Positions 1 to 14,468 of a DNA stretch of 64,000 nt are shown piece after piece. The stretch's first letter is position 1. Each line of letters begins with the position of its first letter. Below the pieces are notes generated by a model. The model searched no databases. It saw only the letters and a program-made list of their open reading frames with translations, and had not been told where the DNA came from. Source of the stretch: Asterias rubens (Eukaryota). The position numbers and the translations under genes were made by a program. The stretch is from positions 19,096,001 through 19,160,000 of the forward strand of contig NC_047071.1 in assembly GCF_902459465.1 (NCBI RefSeq), read 5' to 3'.

Positions 1-2118
1 GATGTTGAAGGGCGTGATGTAGTCTCAATGGACGACTACAATGAGCTGAAGGAAACTAACAGACTAGAGATGGCAGAACTTAATCAAAACATTAAGATAC
101 TGATGGATGAGATTGCTAACATATCACAAAGGGTGAGTTTCAAGCTCAAGCTTTCTCTTATACACAGATCATTTTCTTTCGCCGCTCCATTTCTTTGGAA
201 TCGTCCCTTTGTGTGCATATTCACCAGGCTAGCTCTTTGGAAACTCATTTGTTTGAAGCTACTTATTTGTAATCTGCTTATTTGTAATTGTATCTTTCTC
301 TCATTATATATTTGTTTGTTCTCTGTATGCGCTTAGAGGCTTTGCATTACGCACTTTACAGATAAACTTGTTACTTCTGGTTTAGCTTTGGTTTCCGCTG
401 AGACTTTTTCGGATAATATAAGAAGATTGTTTGTTTTTGGCTTATTAGCTAGAACACTGATAACATTTGTAAGTTTGCCTTTCGGAGATTCCTTAGCATC
501 ACAACCAGATTCAATATAATAGATGAAATAAATTCCTACAAGTTGATTGATAGTTATTATTCATCCTTTTTTTTCAGCTTGCCGTATCCACAGATGAAAA
601 TGAGAGACTGAAACGAAAGATTGCTCAAGACGGAAGAAAGACCCCTACCCCTAACCACACCTCGTTGAGTAACCTCCAGAATCAGTATGATGACCTCCTC
701 CAGCAGAGAGAAGACCTTAAGGACTCCATCAATAAACAATCTCAAGTCCTGTCCGATCAGGCGATTGAATATGAACGCTTGAAGGGCAAGCACGAAGAGG
801 TCGTCGCTGAAAACAAGCAGCTTGTGAATGCGCTGAGTGAACAAACAGTCAATGGCACGACATCGGAGGAGTCTGAAGTTCTCTCTGCTGAGAATGCCAG
901 ACTGGAGAGAATGGTTGCCAAACAGTCCAAAGCAATCGCCCAGCAGAGTGAACGGGGGAGACGAGATAAGCAGAAGTACGCAGAGCTCGTTGCAGAGCGG
1001 GATCAACTCCGAAAGGAAATGAAAGGAAGGACAAACGGCAGCTATGACAGTCTTGATAAGGACTCTTACGACGACCTCGTCGATGAGAACCATAGACTAA
1101 AACACAGCATTAAGATGCACGAGGCTAGCCTTGCCAGCAGCCCCGATAAGAGTCACTGCGATCAACTAACCAAAGAGAACTGGAGGCTTCAGGACGAAGT
1201 CCGAAAACAAGACGACGAGATGATCCAGCTACGGAGAGAAGTTAGGAACTCACAGAAAAATAAAAGCAATGGACAGACGGAAAAAGAATCCACAGATAGC
1301 AGGATACTCCAGGAGAAGATTAAGCGACTGGAAGGGGATGATCTTCAGAGGAGTGAAGAGGCCAGGAAGTTCACCGAGCTGGTCGCTGAGAACCTTCAGC
1401 TTCAGAACACTGTCCGTGAACAGGCAGAGCTCTTTGAGAGCCAGTTGCCTGCCTCGATCGGGTTTAGTAAGAAACGCTACACTGAGCTCCTGACTGAGAA
1501 CAGGAAACTGAAAGCTCAGTTAGCTAAGGAGAGCCCCGACAGGGGGATGAGAAGTAGAAGTCAGGACGACTTGGAGGTGGTCAGGAGGGAGGTTGAGACG
1601 CTTCAGCAAAAGGTACTGGAGAGCGATTCTAAATACAGGCACATTGTCACCGTGTACAGGTCACATCTACTCAGTGCCATACAGGTAAGAAATTCTCCAA
1701 ATCGAAAATTAAAGACACGTTTTGGAACTCTGCCAATCTGTCTTAAGTAATTGGCAAATATTTATTGGATCTAAAGCAGGCATTTAGGTTTTAAAAGAGG
1801 AAAGATAGTGGCAATGAATGCCAAACTTGTTGGTTGAAATATTTTTTCAACCTTTCCCCCCTAAAAATATCATTATTGTATACCCTGAAAGTCAAGTACG
1901 TCTTAGGTCACCTCTTGTACTTGATACAGTTGTCCTACTTTTTCCAAAAGACCAAATTAATATTGTGCCTGATTATTTATGTTATTATTGTAGTATGGAT
2001 TTGATTAATCCATTGTTTTCCCCCTTTTCGTTTTCTCTTACAGGACAGTCTCGACCCAAAAGTCAAGGAATCGCTGTTAAAAATAAGCAAAATACGCAAA
2101 GGAGAAGAGTTTGTGTGA
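1..2118 (+). CDS. UACA-like: 3' portion of a UACA/RAI14 (ankycorbin)/ANKRD24-family coiled-coil protein; exons <1-132, 578-1684, 2044-2118 (stop)
   Basis: GT-AG phase-0 junctions give one open frame of long coiled-coil. The spliced C-terminus ...YRHIVTVYRSHLLSAIQ|DSLDPKVKESLLKISKIRKGEEFV* matches the family motif (human UACA ...[36 protein letters not shown], recalled). The ankyrin repeats would lie upstream of the window. Confidence 0.85.
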
Positions 2119-5100
2119 GAGGCCACCTTACCTGATGCAACAAATTTACCCCACCTGAATTATTTTAATTACCTCTTTAAGGTGTATTAATCTTCTGAAT
2201 TTGAAATTCAATATTATTTTTTACTTCCACCACTTTCAACTCATTCGTGATTTTTTTATGTGGCTTATTACTTGACCTCAGAAGTGGTTGGTTCAAAACT
2301 TTTGAGCCAAAGGCTTCATGCCTGAAGCCTTTCTCGGTTTCAAATGCTCTTTACCTAGTAGGTTTTTATGTCCAATATTTACCAAAAGTATTCCCTGTCG
2401 TTAACATTATTCAATCCTCTTGAAGACGATCAGAGCATACTGATCAAAACGTTGAGTTGTCAACCACCAATTCTCTTCAAAATCCACACTACTCAAAAGA
2501 GATTTACACATGGTGCTACTGCAAACCTCATTTTGGTTAGACTGTTCCAAGTTAGAACTTTTCTGAACTTTGAACAACTTATTCCAATAATTACTGTTTG
2601 CAAAAGGAAATGCCCTTCTGTTCTACAAAGTTTAACTGGAATATTGTTTAATAAAAGATGTTAATAGATGTTAAATATGTTTGCTAATAACCATAATTAA
2701 ACCTTGAAAAAGGCGCAGCAGATTGTGTTCATGACACTACTATGCAAATCATGTCTGCCTGTTTACAAGATGGTACACTGTACAGTTTTAAAGTTATTTA
2801 TTTTTTACACTTCCAGAACAAACAACAAATTTATTATGCGGAAATAATCCACCTGATGTAAATATAGCTTCATGAATCCTGCCAGTGAGTCATCGTACAT
2901 TATATATACTTGCTTAATGGATTAATTTTTTAATTTCGTTCAAATTATGGTTAAGCTTATTTGTATGATTGATTTGTATTCAGTGACATGAGTGATAAAG
3001 AGAAAGAACAATGTTTTCAGACAAATTGTATTCCGCCAAACTTTTGGTTGGTGAAAAGTATTGTAAAGAACCGTTGAAAAAGTCCGAGCCAGATTCAGTA
3101 AAAATGTTTCATATATTTGTGTGCAACTTTATTGTACAGTCACTTTCGATTTTCAAAACAGATTTTGGTCAAACAGAAAGGTCAAACTAAAAATTTTGTG
3201 ATTCTGTACTCATTTTCCAATATTCATCAAGTGAGTGGGACAAATGTCTCTAAAAGCTTTGATTTAAAAGAGCTTTGTTACTTTTTCTTCCAGCACTGAA
3301 CAAATTATCACCGTCCTGCTCACTGTCTTCCATCTTTTCCACTTCTTATTCATGAGCTTCAATGTGAAATGTTTGAGGTTTCGCAACATGAAGTTAGACT
3401 GAGATTTTTATCCGATAAATCTACTCCGCGCTAGTAGAATAAAGAAAGACAGTTATTCTAAGAACAAACTCTACTTGGCAAATAACAACACATGGTGTTA
3501 CCGCAAACCAAATAATATACATGTATGTAGAACAAATATGTTGTAAATTTGAAACTAAATTCAATGACAAAACATAAATAATTTAGTTGTTTTTGTCTTG
3601 ATCAAAAGGTGCTTGAACTCATTTTCAAATTGTGACAATCTTTGTTGTATTTATTACTGAACTACCTACCTACTAAATATAGTCTAATATGTGTAAATTA
3701 TTGTATATTTTGTTTAAATTAACTTGTTATGGTTTGAATGTCTTGACTTATACCTTGATTTTGCATCCACCCTAAATGAAATAAGATGTTAATTAATCTG
3801 ATTTGGTAATTACTATAATTAACGAAAACTAGAGTTTAATGGTATAAATGAAAGGGGTTCCTGCACAATAAGTTTTCCAATCAAAAACCTCATTTTAAAC
3901 CTGTTAGTATTTGTAGTTCATGTTCAGATATTTTACAGATACTTACCGTAAAAGCTAATGTAGAGTCTAATACATCTAGATGCACACAACTATTGACTCA
4001 AAACACTACATGTATTATTAAGATTATTCAATACTTGTGTACTTATTATTAGTAGCAGTTGAAATTTTTAATTTTTGAGTTACAATCTGGTATAAAGTTT
4101 ATGGTCTATGATCAGGCTTGTGGCATAATAATTGCTACAGTATTCAGTTAACAATTTTTGTTTTCCTTGGAAATTTCAAAAATTCTTCAGGTGCTTTTAG
4201 GAAAGATATCGCAACCGCTACTTTATGTATTCTTATTTATCCATTAACTTTTTGGGGCAAGCAATACCAGTATGTCATAACCATGGGTGGTTGGTGAGGT
4301 GGGGGGGGGGGGCAAGAAAACAAAAACAAACAATGAGAGCGAAGTTTGATGTGGTTTGTGATATTTTTAAGGTTTCAATCCATTCCAATGTAACCCTAAC
4401 TCACTTCCGAACTCTAACAAAATCTAGAAGTATGGTGAACCAACATCCAAACCAGTGGACTCTGATTATGGTGGTATGCCTCATCAAGTATTAAGCATGA
4501 TGATTACTCGAGCAGTCTACATTTTTTTAAGGTCATTGTAAACCACTTAAGTTTGTACAAAGAAAAACAAAAAACAGAAACCACCAAACAAAACTAGTGC
4601 TTCAAGATGAGTAATATTTGTTTTTGCTTGAAGTGAAAATGTGTTGATTTTTATGCATGCCGTTGGTGCATATACATGTATTGCAAATTAAATAAGTATT
4701 AACAAGTAAACAAGACTGGGTTTTAATTATGTAGATGTATCTGTTTTGTGTCCGACACTTATTTGTGCGCTTCTCTATTTATGATCGCTGTTAAACTTGA
4801 TACTTCATAGGGAAAAGAGGTACCTCTCGATTGGTATCCTCATATGGATTTCTTTATAACTCCCCTGTGCGTGGAAGGAGGACAACATTTTGTTTCAAGA
4901 CAACCGAGTGTGAAATTGATAAGTTTTCTGCCATTCATTATAGTCTCCATAGGACGGTTAAATTCTGCATGGGAATGGAAAAACATCTCTTTTGGGGTAA
5001 CTCTAGCAACAAAATGCAACAGTAAAGGCACCTTTTTTTTCAGGAGCCATTGTATTGCTTACAGCCTTTCATTACTTGCAGCCTTTCGTTACTGGAAAAA

Positions 5101-5471
5101 AAGTACTCTGCCATATCATTGTGAATGCTATGTAAAACATAGAGTCGGCACAAATTGGTATGGCATTATTGTCAACTCAACTCATCTGACTATCCAGTTC
5201 AGGTTTAGCAATCTCTTGTGGATGCATGTTCTTTACTTCCTGGTTTTGGTCTCACTCGGCTGATGCTAGTGATGCCTTGCTTTTTGTATTAAAACCCATA
5301 GCTTTTCTCATGAACATGAGTTCTATATTAACCACGTATGTTCCAACATCCAACTACATTCTCTGTATTGCTTTAAAGGGGATTGTTTCAATGTTTTATA
5401 GTAGCAACAGCTCCCCAGTGCTTTTTACTAAGTAAGCCGAGTATTTACCAAAGGTGTACCCTCCCTCTTAA

Positions 5472-5845
5472 AGGCAGTGGACACTATTGGTAATTACTCA
5501 AAATAATTATTGGCATAAAACCTTTCTTGGTGACGAGTAATGGGGAGAGGTTGATGGTATACATTGTGAGAAACGGCACCCTCTGAAGTGCCATATTTTT
5601 TGAGAAAGAAGTAACTTTCCACGAATTTGATTTCGAGACCTCGGATTTAGAACTTGAGGTCTCGAAATCAACCATCTAAACGCACACAACTTCGTGTGAC
5701 AAGGGTGTTTTTTTCTTTCATTATTATCTCGCAAGTTCGATGACCGATTGAGCTCAAATTTTCACAGGTTTCTTATTTTATGCATGTTGAGATACACCAA
5801 CTGTGAAGGCTAGTCTTTGACAAATACCAATAGTGTCCACTGCCT
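5472..5845. mobile_element. MITE family A (Kolobok-type non-autonomous DNA transposon)
   Basis: TIR AGGCAGTGGACACTATTGGTA...TACCAATAGTGTCCACTGCCT with TTAA on both sides; RR...YY termini plus a TTAA TSD are Kolobok hallmarks; about 10 copies in the window. Confidence 0.85.
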
Positions 5846-6058
5846 TTAAAAGTGGGTATAAAACCCAAATCTCAGCCATGTTGGTTTCACAAAATTTGGT
5901 GTAAAAATAAACAACGCATTTGAAACTCAATATTCAAGACACTGTTTGAATTTTAATTATGATCAGTTATGCACTGACGGAATAAAATTACAACCAAGAA
6001 AATAGTGAAATTGTCTATCTACAGTTTACAGATGTATGACTAACACTCAACAATTTAA

Positions 6059-6325
6059 AGGGGCAAATTGCCTTCAAATCTCTCAAATTGTTGTTTAGAA
6101 TTTCTCCTTGTCCTTTTCAAGAGTTGTTCATGCTTAACAAAACTTTCAGTGTTCTGTGATTAGCAAGAAGTAGACTATTTAGTAGTAACAAATTTAGTTC
6201 AACAAAAATCAGAATGTGTTATATCAAGAAATTACACAAAAACCACCCAATGTCAAGGGATATTTATGCGAATCAGCCATATTAATTTCAAAACAAAGAG
6301 CCATTCCCAAAGCCAACTTGCCCCT
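6059..6325. mobile_element. Kolobok-type MITE (family C)
   Basis: TTAA|AGGGGCAAATTG ... CAACTTGCCCCT|TTAA (11/12 TIR match). Confidence 0.7.
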
Positions 6326-8232
6326 TTAAAGTCTGATTTAAAAACTCATAACTCCTTCATACAGTATTGTAATTGGCGCACGTTGTATGTTTGATTGCAT
6401 TATTGATCACAAGTAATAATTGCATTTTTTAAAAGACATTTTCTGTGGGAGAAAGAAAACGCAATGTTTTGTGAGTAGGGCCTAATTTATTGGCTCTGCT
6501 TGCAGTAAGCAAAGAATCGGCGCTTGGGGATCCAGAGAATAAAACAAATAAAGCATTTTAAAATAAAGCATATTTAAAAATAATTTACCATATTTAAAAA
6601 AACTACTTTCCAAAATACCCTTGGTTCAAATTTGAATTCAGACAATATTAAAAAACCTCTTAACTGTTTATAGTTAATAACAGGTTCACAAATTTAAGTA
6701 TGTCTTGTTTAACTGACTAAGTCTTTGGATTTGTGTATGTTTGTATAATAATGCACGCTTAAAGGATCAAAAATAATAATAGCTCCAACAAAAGCTTAAT
6801 ACTTTACATTAGTCTTCAAGCAATATGTCAGTGTACACACTATTAAAATATTATTTGGTTTTAACCTTTTTACTTTGTTGAGCACTTAAATATTGGTCAT
6901 CCAAATAATTCATCAATTTGTTTTATTACTCGACTTATTTGATGCCCAAATAGATATACATTTTAGCTGAAAGATCACTGAAAACTGTGTACTCTTTCCA
7001 AGTTGTTCTTACAATCTTAACAAATTTTTTTGTCTCCGAGTGCTAGTTTTATTTACACAATTTTTTAATCAATGTTTTGGTGAGATGGTTAAAACCATAT
7101 AAAAGATGTGTTATAACAGGGAAGGTACATTGTTGACGTCCAGGTCTTTGAGACTGCGAGAGAGTACAGCAAAATTACAAAAAAAATAATACAAGTTTAG
7201 AATATATGTCAAAAAGAAAGTAACAAACACTTTTGGATTCAGTTTGCTTTTTGAAAGTTGAATAAAGGATTACTATCATTTCTTTGAAATGCTGAAAAGG
7301 CACTTTTACCGTAACAACCCAAAACTGTTACCCATAGTTTTAGTTTTAATGTTGTACCTTCCCTTATGCCCCAAAAGGATATTTTTACAATGCTTGGTTG
7401 GTAGATCCCTAATAACCCCATCACACCTAACTCGTTCCCACTAGGTTCTGAAAAAATGTAGACTTGGTGTAAGACGTGGTTATTCAAACTTTCACTCAAC
7501 TAGCGCGACTCCCTGCCCACTTGCTCCCTCCTCGCCACGCACATACTATTGTCTTGCAACAAGACTACACTTTTTAGATCGTAGTGAGATCGAGTTCAGT
7601 GTGATGGGGTAGAAGCTATACGTTTGTGAAGCCTTTTTGTCGAGGTGCATGTGGCATCTCATTCTTATGCATCCAGCGCAAAAACAAAGCATTGTGATGT
7701 AGCGAAGCATTGAATGCCTTTACTAAGTCATGAAAGAGGTTGTTTTTTCCAATTCTCTATAACAATATTTCTCATGAATAATTCATTACGCCATGGAAGA
7801 AATGACCAACTGGAATGCTCCCAGATGAAATCATAAAAAGTTGAGCAAAAATCAGGTGGCAACTTCCATCGATTGTGAGAAGTGGTAGCAGCATGACAGG
7901 TTGTCCTAAAAGATAACTAAAACTGTTGCTGCTTGGAAACTGATAATTTCAGGAGAAATTTAACCATGGCAATTCCATGCCATCTGACGCAAGTGTTAAG
8001 GAAGTGAACCTGCCCAAGTGATTTTAAAAGAGTGTTTTTCCTGAGTTGGAATTATTTAGCGGCAGCTAACCCCTTTCACAAAACTGCTTGTATTTAATAA
8101 ATGAATAAGAGATTAGCTTTCAAGTTGGTAAAGGCATTCACTTCACATTTTTGAAATTCTTTACTATGCCATACCCATCTTGGCGCCACACCCATATTGG
8201 TGCCACACCCACCTTGCTCAAGGGCTATGTAT

Positions 8233-11200
8233 TTAGTTAACGGCTTCCTGGCGCTCTACTGATTCCGTGTAAGGTCTCCTGTTATACTGAGCAGTCTTCT
8301 CTAACTTGACCACAGCCTCGTCAATTATCACCTCTTCGATGTCAGAGCCAGGAACGTCAAACATGGGTTCTAAGAGAATTTTCTCCTGAGAAGAAAAATC
8401 AATGAATAATAATAATATTATATAGTTCTTATATTGCAGAGCATTTTAAAATAAACAGATCATTGCGCTTTACGCGATTTCACGCAACTGCGTCAGTCCA
8501 CTTGCGCACCATTTATGGAGCAACTTGTGCAATAAACGTTGTGCAAGTGGACTTATGCAGTTGCGTAAGGTTTCGTGAAATCGGCTGCTGGTCATTGGGC
8601 CAATAACATTCCCTTAATCTTTCATTCCTTTAACCAGCTTCCTGAGCTGCCATATCGCTCCAAAGGCTTTTTAATCACAATATCAACTTCTTCCCTCGCA
8701 GGTAGAAGGGTAAATTTTTATGAATATATCATAAGACAGGCATCTGGGAAAGTTGCAACGTTAAACTCACCATGATTGAGCGAAGACCTCGAGCTCCTGT
8801 CTTTCTCTCTAGAGCCATCTTAGCAATGGCTGACAGAGCATCTGCAGTTATGTTAAGTGTACACTGAAAAACAAAGGGCCAAGAGAAGTGGTAAGATTAC
8901 AGCAGGGGTGCCAACATTTGCATCTTGTGATAAGGGTTTTCCCAATGCCCGTGCTAGCGTATTGGGCCGATAGACACAAATTGCGTGTGGACATGCCCAA
9001 AGTTCTGCCAATAAATAAAGAAGAATATTGTGTATATTTGTTTACTTTGGTTTTACCAATTTCACAAAAACATCAAGATAAACCCGTTTATAATGCTCCA
9101 TAAAGCACATTAGGACTTTTAAAACCAAGATAAACACTATGTACACCAAAGAGCTCCAAAATTCAGCGTTCTCCGGCCAAAATTCTGAAACATGGGTCCA
9201 GAATGCCCTCCAGTTCAAAAAAATCCTATGGAGAACCCTGTGATTTATACCCCTAAGATTGTGACCTTGACTTAAAAAAACAATGATGACTTTAACTTAC
9301 ATTGTCCATCTTGAAAAGCATCTCAAACTGAGGTACAATGGCATTCCTTGGCTCCTTCAAGATACGTAGCAACATTGGCTCATCCAACGAGGACAAGCTG
9401 ACTGTAATCGGGATACGACCCACAAACTCCGGGATCATTCCAAACTCGATCATATCTCTGGACTCGACTTGCCTCAAGAGGGCGTCTCGCTCATCATTGT
9501 CTATTTTGGTATCGGACGGAGCGGATTGGTTGGCCATACTGGCATTGGTTGCTGCACGTCGACCCTCGCTGACATTAGCTGGAGCTCCGAAGCCAAGATA
9601 CTGAAAGCATAATTAAGCACAAACATTTTGTTCAATTTGTTTCTGAAATTTATCTGAATTTTGTCTTCCAAGTTTTCTTCATCAGCTGAATGAAATGCAA
9701 GTGTGTATGTACCAGCGTTGTAGTCGGGTCACTTGTGTCAACAATTTGCCACTTTTGACACTCTTTGTCATAACTAATACAAGCTGCTTGCAAAGGGTGT
9801 TCTAAAAATGTAAAACCCAAATGGCATCGCAGAACATAGAACCCATAAAAAGCTCATTGTGACTGGTTGTATTAGTGCTGCTTTTAGAAAATAACAATTG
9901 ATGGCAAACGCTCTACATCACATAATTTTATCATTGTTCTTTATTTTGCTGACAATATAAAGAGGTTAAACTTGCTAGTATTAGTGGCAGCGATAAATTC
10001 TATGTCAAATGACAGATTCCAGTAAGTAAATGAATTCATGCTAAGGGCCTTACCTTTTCCTGCTTTCTCCTGCTGACGATACGGTCAAGCCCGTTGAACG
10101 CACCCGAAGCAACAAATAATATGTTGGTGGTGTCCACTGGCACGCTCTCCCCACGCAGCTTACGAGAGCTACGCTCCGGGACGCTGACGACCGTACCTTC
10201 TAGCATCTTAAGGAGACCCTGTTGGACACCCTCGCCGCCGACATCACGTAGCTGGTGTATTCCTGGCACACAGCCAATCTTGTCAACCTCATCCAAGAAG
10301 ATTATGCCTGAAAATAAAGATGTCAAAAAATAAATGTTTTGCCCCCCATCCAACAAAATGAGTTCAAAAGGAAAACAGGTCAGTGCCAGATGGAAGTAGA
10401 ACATGTACATGTAAGGCAGTTCATATTGGCTTGTGATTCATAATTGTTTTTAAAATTAATTTTCATTTTTGTAAGCTCAAATACCTTGCTGTGCTTTCTC
10501 TACATTGAAGTTAGCATCGATCAGGAGTTTGGCAATGACAGACTCAATGTCCTCTCCTACGTAGCCAGCCTGGGTCAACGTAGTGCAGTCACATATGGCA
10601 AAGGGTACATCCAGGCACTGGGCAATGGTCTGGGCCATTAGTGTTTTACCTGTGGGAGGAAATATAGAAAGGGTTGCAGTGGGTCTGTCATTGGAGAACA
10701 AAAATTGATCTCAAAACAAGGTCAAGGACCTAGGTTCAAGGTTCAAGAATCAGTCAAGACTCATGCTCGGTAATGCTCGGTGTGTGTCCAAGGAGTAAAA
10801 CACACAGCAATGATAGACATACTGTTGTCAATCAATAACTACAAGAGAACATACTCTGTGGGCAGAGATCGTTCTTGCGATTGATTTAGCTTAGTGCACT
10901 ACATACTTGGCAGCATAGGCTGTTTACTCCTCCCAGGAGCTGAGATGGTTTAAGGAATGATAACATATGGCCCAGTGAACAGGGAGTAATAACATTTAAA
11001 GTATAATCATCCTTCTTTGGAATTGCGCTATATAAGAGTCAACATTATGTATTAGGAGAGTGATTTTAAAGGAACACATTGCCTTGGATCTGTTGAGTTG
11101 GTCTTTAAAAAGCGTTTGTAACCGTTTGTTATAAAATGCATATTGATTAAAAATATATTTTAAAAGTAGAATACAATGATCCACACATGTATCAGTCGAG

Positions 11201-14200
11201 ATTGCGTAGTTTTCCTTTTACCTCGTCAGCTAACACGGTCGGCCATTTATGGGAGTCAAATATTTGACTCCCATAAATGGCCGACTGCGTTAGTTCGCTA
11301 AGTAAAAGTAAAACCACACATTTTCGAGGAAAATTTGTGTGGATGATTGTATTCTACTTTTAAAACATCTTTCTAACCATATGCATTTTATAACAAACGG
11401 TTACAAACGCTTTTCAAAGACCAACTCGTCCGATCCAAGGCAACGTGTTCCTTTCAGCTATTAGAACATTTTTACCTTATCTGTTCCTTTTAGTTACCAA
11501 TATGACAACATTCGAAACACAAAATTTGATCACCAAATAAATGAAAAAGTTACCTGATCCAGTGGGTCCAAGCAGTAAGATGTTGCTCTTCTCTAGCCTG
11601 AGCTCATACTGTTGAGCGTCTAGCAGCCCACTGCCACGTAGCTGCCGCTCAGACTCACTACCCTGTCCAGACTGCTGCTGTTGCTGCTGCTGTTGTTGCT
11701 GCTGCAGTGAGGACGCTCCTAAAGCGTTACCTTGGCTACTGATTCCTGCTATCTGTAGTAACTCTAAAAGAGGACAAAAAAGGTGTCGTTCAGAATAGTC
11801 AATGTTTAAATATTACATTTTGAAATTGTGGCTGGGTGGGTCAAAAGAAATTACTGAAAATCAAAGTTCTTGGGTTTTTTTCTAATAAAGAAACGGAATA
11901 ACTACCTAGCTGGCCAAGAAACATCGCAACTTACAATGTAAATCCTGATAAAATTACAAAGTGCTGTTTGTTTAAAGGCCAGTCCATACTCGCTGCGACT
12001 GCATGCCGAACCTGACAATTCAAATTATGATTATGCAATTGCGCTTCCATTTACGCACTGCAGACTTTGAAAAATGGGTTCGCGGGATGCGTACGCAGTG
12101 AAAATGCAGCTAGAGTACACTGGTGTGGGTATACAGCAAATTTACCCAAACATAAGTGCCCTATATAGTAAGCCATATGTGTTCACCATACCTCAAAACA
12201 GCTTATGAAAGAAAGACAAGGTCAAATCTTGCAGCTGTCTGCCTCCACTATTGGGCGTTCTGGTATTAACTGTGGATGTTATGGTCTCTAAATAGTTAAT
12301 AAGGGAGGGGGGGGTGGGGCTGGGGGGGTAGGGGATTAATATTTACCTCTTGGAGTGAATGCCTGGTTTCTAGTCTCAGAACCTTCCCCCTGTGTCTTGC
12401 TGGGTCCTGCCGGAATGTTATTATAGATGCGCTTGTAGTGATTGTACACAGCCACTGAGAGAACTTTCTTGGCTTCTTGCTGGCCAATCACATGTCTCTC
12501 CAGAAATTCATAAATCTGAGGATAGAACAGGTTAGTATTAATAATAATATATTATGTATAATTATATAGCGTGCTAATCCATCATTCAGTGACGCTCAAG
12601 GCGCTTAAGCATACAGCATTTTCCTGCAAGTTATGTGGGACTATACTTTTGAATTATTAGATCTACTCCTTTTACATAGCACAAAAGTAATGGTTTACAA
12701 GGTGCTGTGGCACACTATGCTGCCGATCAGTCCAGGAACACCGGGGCGAACCCCTTCTCTTTTCAATAAGTGCACTGGATTATTTTACATGCGTTACACA
12801 ATACACAGGGCCAAGTGTGGATTTAGTCGAGGCTAATAGATTTTACCTTCTTTGGGGGTGGAGGCGGGGGTCTCTCTGGCTTTGGTGGTAAGGACTCCTT
12901 TAGGCTCTTGTTGCTGTCTGTTTCTGACAGCACGACAAAGAAGTGATGACATTTTTCACACTTGACAAATCTTGTTGATGCTGTGAGGATTAAATAAGAA
13001 GTCGGAAATTAGCCACACCTTCTGAGAGTCAAATCCTATCACCATATCAATATTGTTATACAAACTCAGCCCTTCCCATCAAATATGGTGAGTACATGTA
13101 TCTGCACAGACACTGTTGGTTGGCAAATGCGATAGAGTTGGGCACAAGGTGTCATAAAATAAACATACATGTATGCGCCGGACCACCATCAACCCCATAC
13201 AAAACGTTGTGATGTTCCCTCCTTTGGCATATCACCAGTGTTCTTTTGCTGCCTTAGTGACTTATATTCAACTACCTGAAATACTTACACACAAATGTTT
13301 CAACATGTGTGCATGGATCACCACACTTTGGACAACACAACTGGCCAGATTTTCCATTCCCTCCATCACTGCTACTCCCAGCACTGCTGCCGCTACCACT
13401 ACCGCCAACACTTCCTCTGGATTTCCTGCCACCACCTCCACTACTGACCCCATCACCCTTGGATGGACCATCTGCTGAGGTATTACAGAGGGAGTAAGTT
13501 GTGCTGAGAGTCCTGCTCAGAATTAGGCTGATACTTGAAGGGGACTCTGTTTGAGGTCGTACTGCAACAGAGGCAAGTGGTTGGGTGCTGTATCCATTGA
13601 TACCTGTGGAAGATATATATGATGACAATAAGTTGCAAGTTGATGATTTTTGTTTAATACAGTAGGACGCTTTTAAGCCTATTAAAGGATTTGGGTACTT
13701 TTTCCAAATGTCCATAGATTTACATTAAACTTACAGAGTTTGAAGATAATGATAGTGGAAAGCTTCCCTTCAAATATTACTTAATGAGGTGCTGTAGTTT
13801 TTGAGAAATGAGTAAAACAATGTCATGAAAATACGTTTGTACATGCTTAAAATAATTTTCGTCTCATGAGACAAAAATTATTTTAATGACATTGTTGTAC
13901 TCATTTCCCAAAAACTACAGCACCTCAGCACGTAATATTTTTAGGGAAGCTTTCTACTATCATTATCTTCAAACTGTGTAAGTTTAATGTAAATCTGTGG
14001 ACATTGTGTTTTTTGTCCTACTAAAAGTACATAGACCCTTTAAAGGAAATGTATACTTTTGGTAATCACTCTTAAATTGAGTTGCAATAAAAACCTTTGG
14101 TTAGATACAACTTTCAATAGTATAAAGCATTTTAGAAACATCTCACTTTGATGCAAATATGTTTAAATCTGATAAGTGTTACTGCAACTTAACTGCTTCT

Positions 14201-14468
14201 CAAATCACTTTTTCCTGTCAGTGAGTATTCTTTTATTATCAGTTGCTACTAAAAAAACACAATTTCCTACTCAATATTGGCATTCTTCAGTGTGCACAAA
14301 ATTTGTTCAGCCTAAATTTTGCACTATGAAAATTTGCTGAACAAAATCTTTCGCTGTTATACATTCTTTGTACTTACATGGCACACCACGTGATGCTTTA
14401 ATTGGACCATTGGGTCGACACAGTAGCCTTCTGACTGGCGTCAGGTTGCAGCGTAAACTAGGAGGCAT
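8233..14468 (-). CDS. CLPX: Mitochondrial ATP-dependent Clp protease ATP-binding subunit ClpX; exons 14468-14378, 13603-13289, 12980-12847, 12515-12347, 11763-11554, 10649-10485, 10307-10054, 9600-9301, 8863-8771, 8385-8233 (627 aa)
   Basis: C4 zinc-binding domain [30 protein letters not shown]; Walker [12 protein letters not shown]; Walker [11 protein letters not shown]; [15 protein letters not shown]; [10 protein letters not shown]; [11 protein letters not shown]. All junctions are GT-AG and phase-consistent (1884 nt). The first exon ([18 protein letters not shown]..., presequence-like) is the least certain. Confidence 0.96.
11070..11452. mobile_element. Fold-back Kolobok-type MITE in a CLPX intron
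   Basis: TTAA|AGGAACACATTGCCTTGGATC ... GATCCAAGGCAACGTGTTCCT|TTCA; the element is almost wholly palindromic, centred on GGGAGTCAAATATTTGACTCCC. Confidence 0.75.
12540..12812 (-). mobile_element. Probable 3' fragment of a non-LTR retroelement or SINE with an (ATT)n-like tail
   Basis: The minus strand ends ...GCACGCTATATAATTATACATAATATTATTATT, resembling L2/CR1-type tails; similar tails occur near 8410, 11025 and 56600-56704. No coding part is seen. Confidence 0.35.
13686..14039. mobile_element. Kolobok-type MITE family B
   Basis: TTAA|AGGATTTGGGTACTTTT ... AAAAGTACATAGACCCT|TTAA; further copies at about 18895-19182 and 60950-61120. Confidence 0.75.

Noticed and set aside
557-1093. 178-aa minus-strand ORF
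   Set aside because: It is the antisense shadow of the coiled-coil exon, with no independent motifs. The same applies to 9338-9604, 10094-10333, 13173-13478, 43931-44257 and 54326-54718.
5484-5734. Recurrent ORFs such as [10 protein letters not shown]... (also 14881, 18394, 44417 and 50796)
   Set aside because: They all lie inside family A MITE copies, so their recurrence reflects the repeat. No transposase motifs are present.
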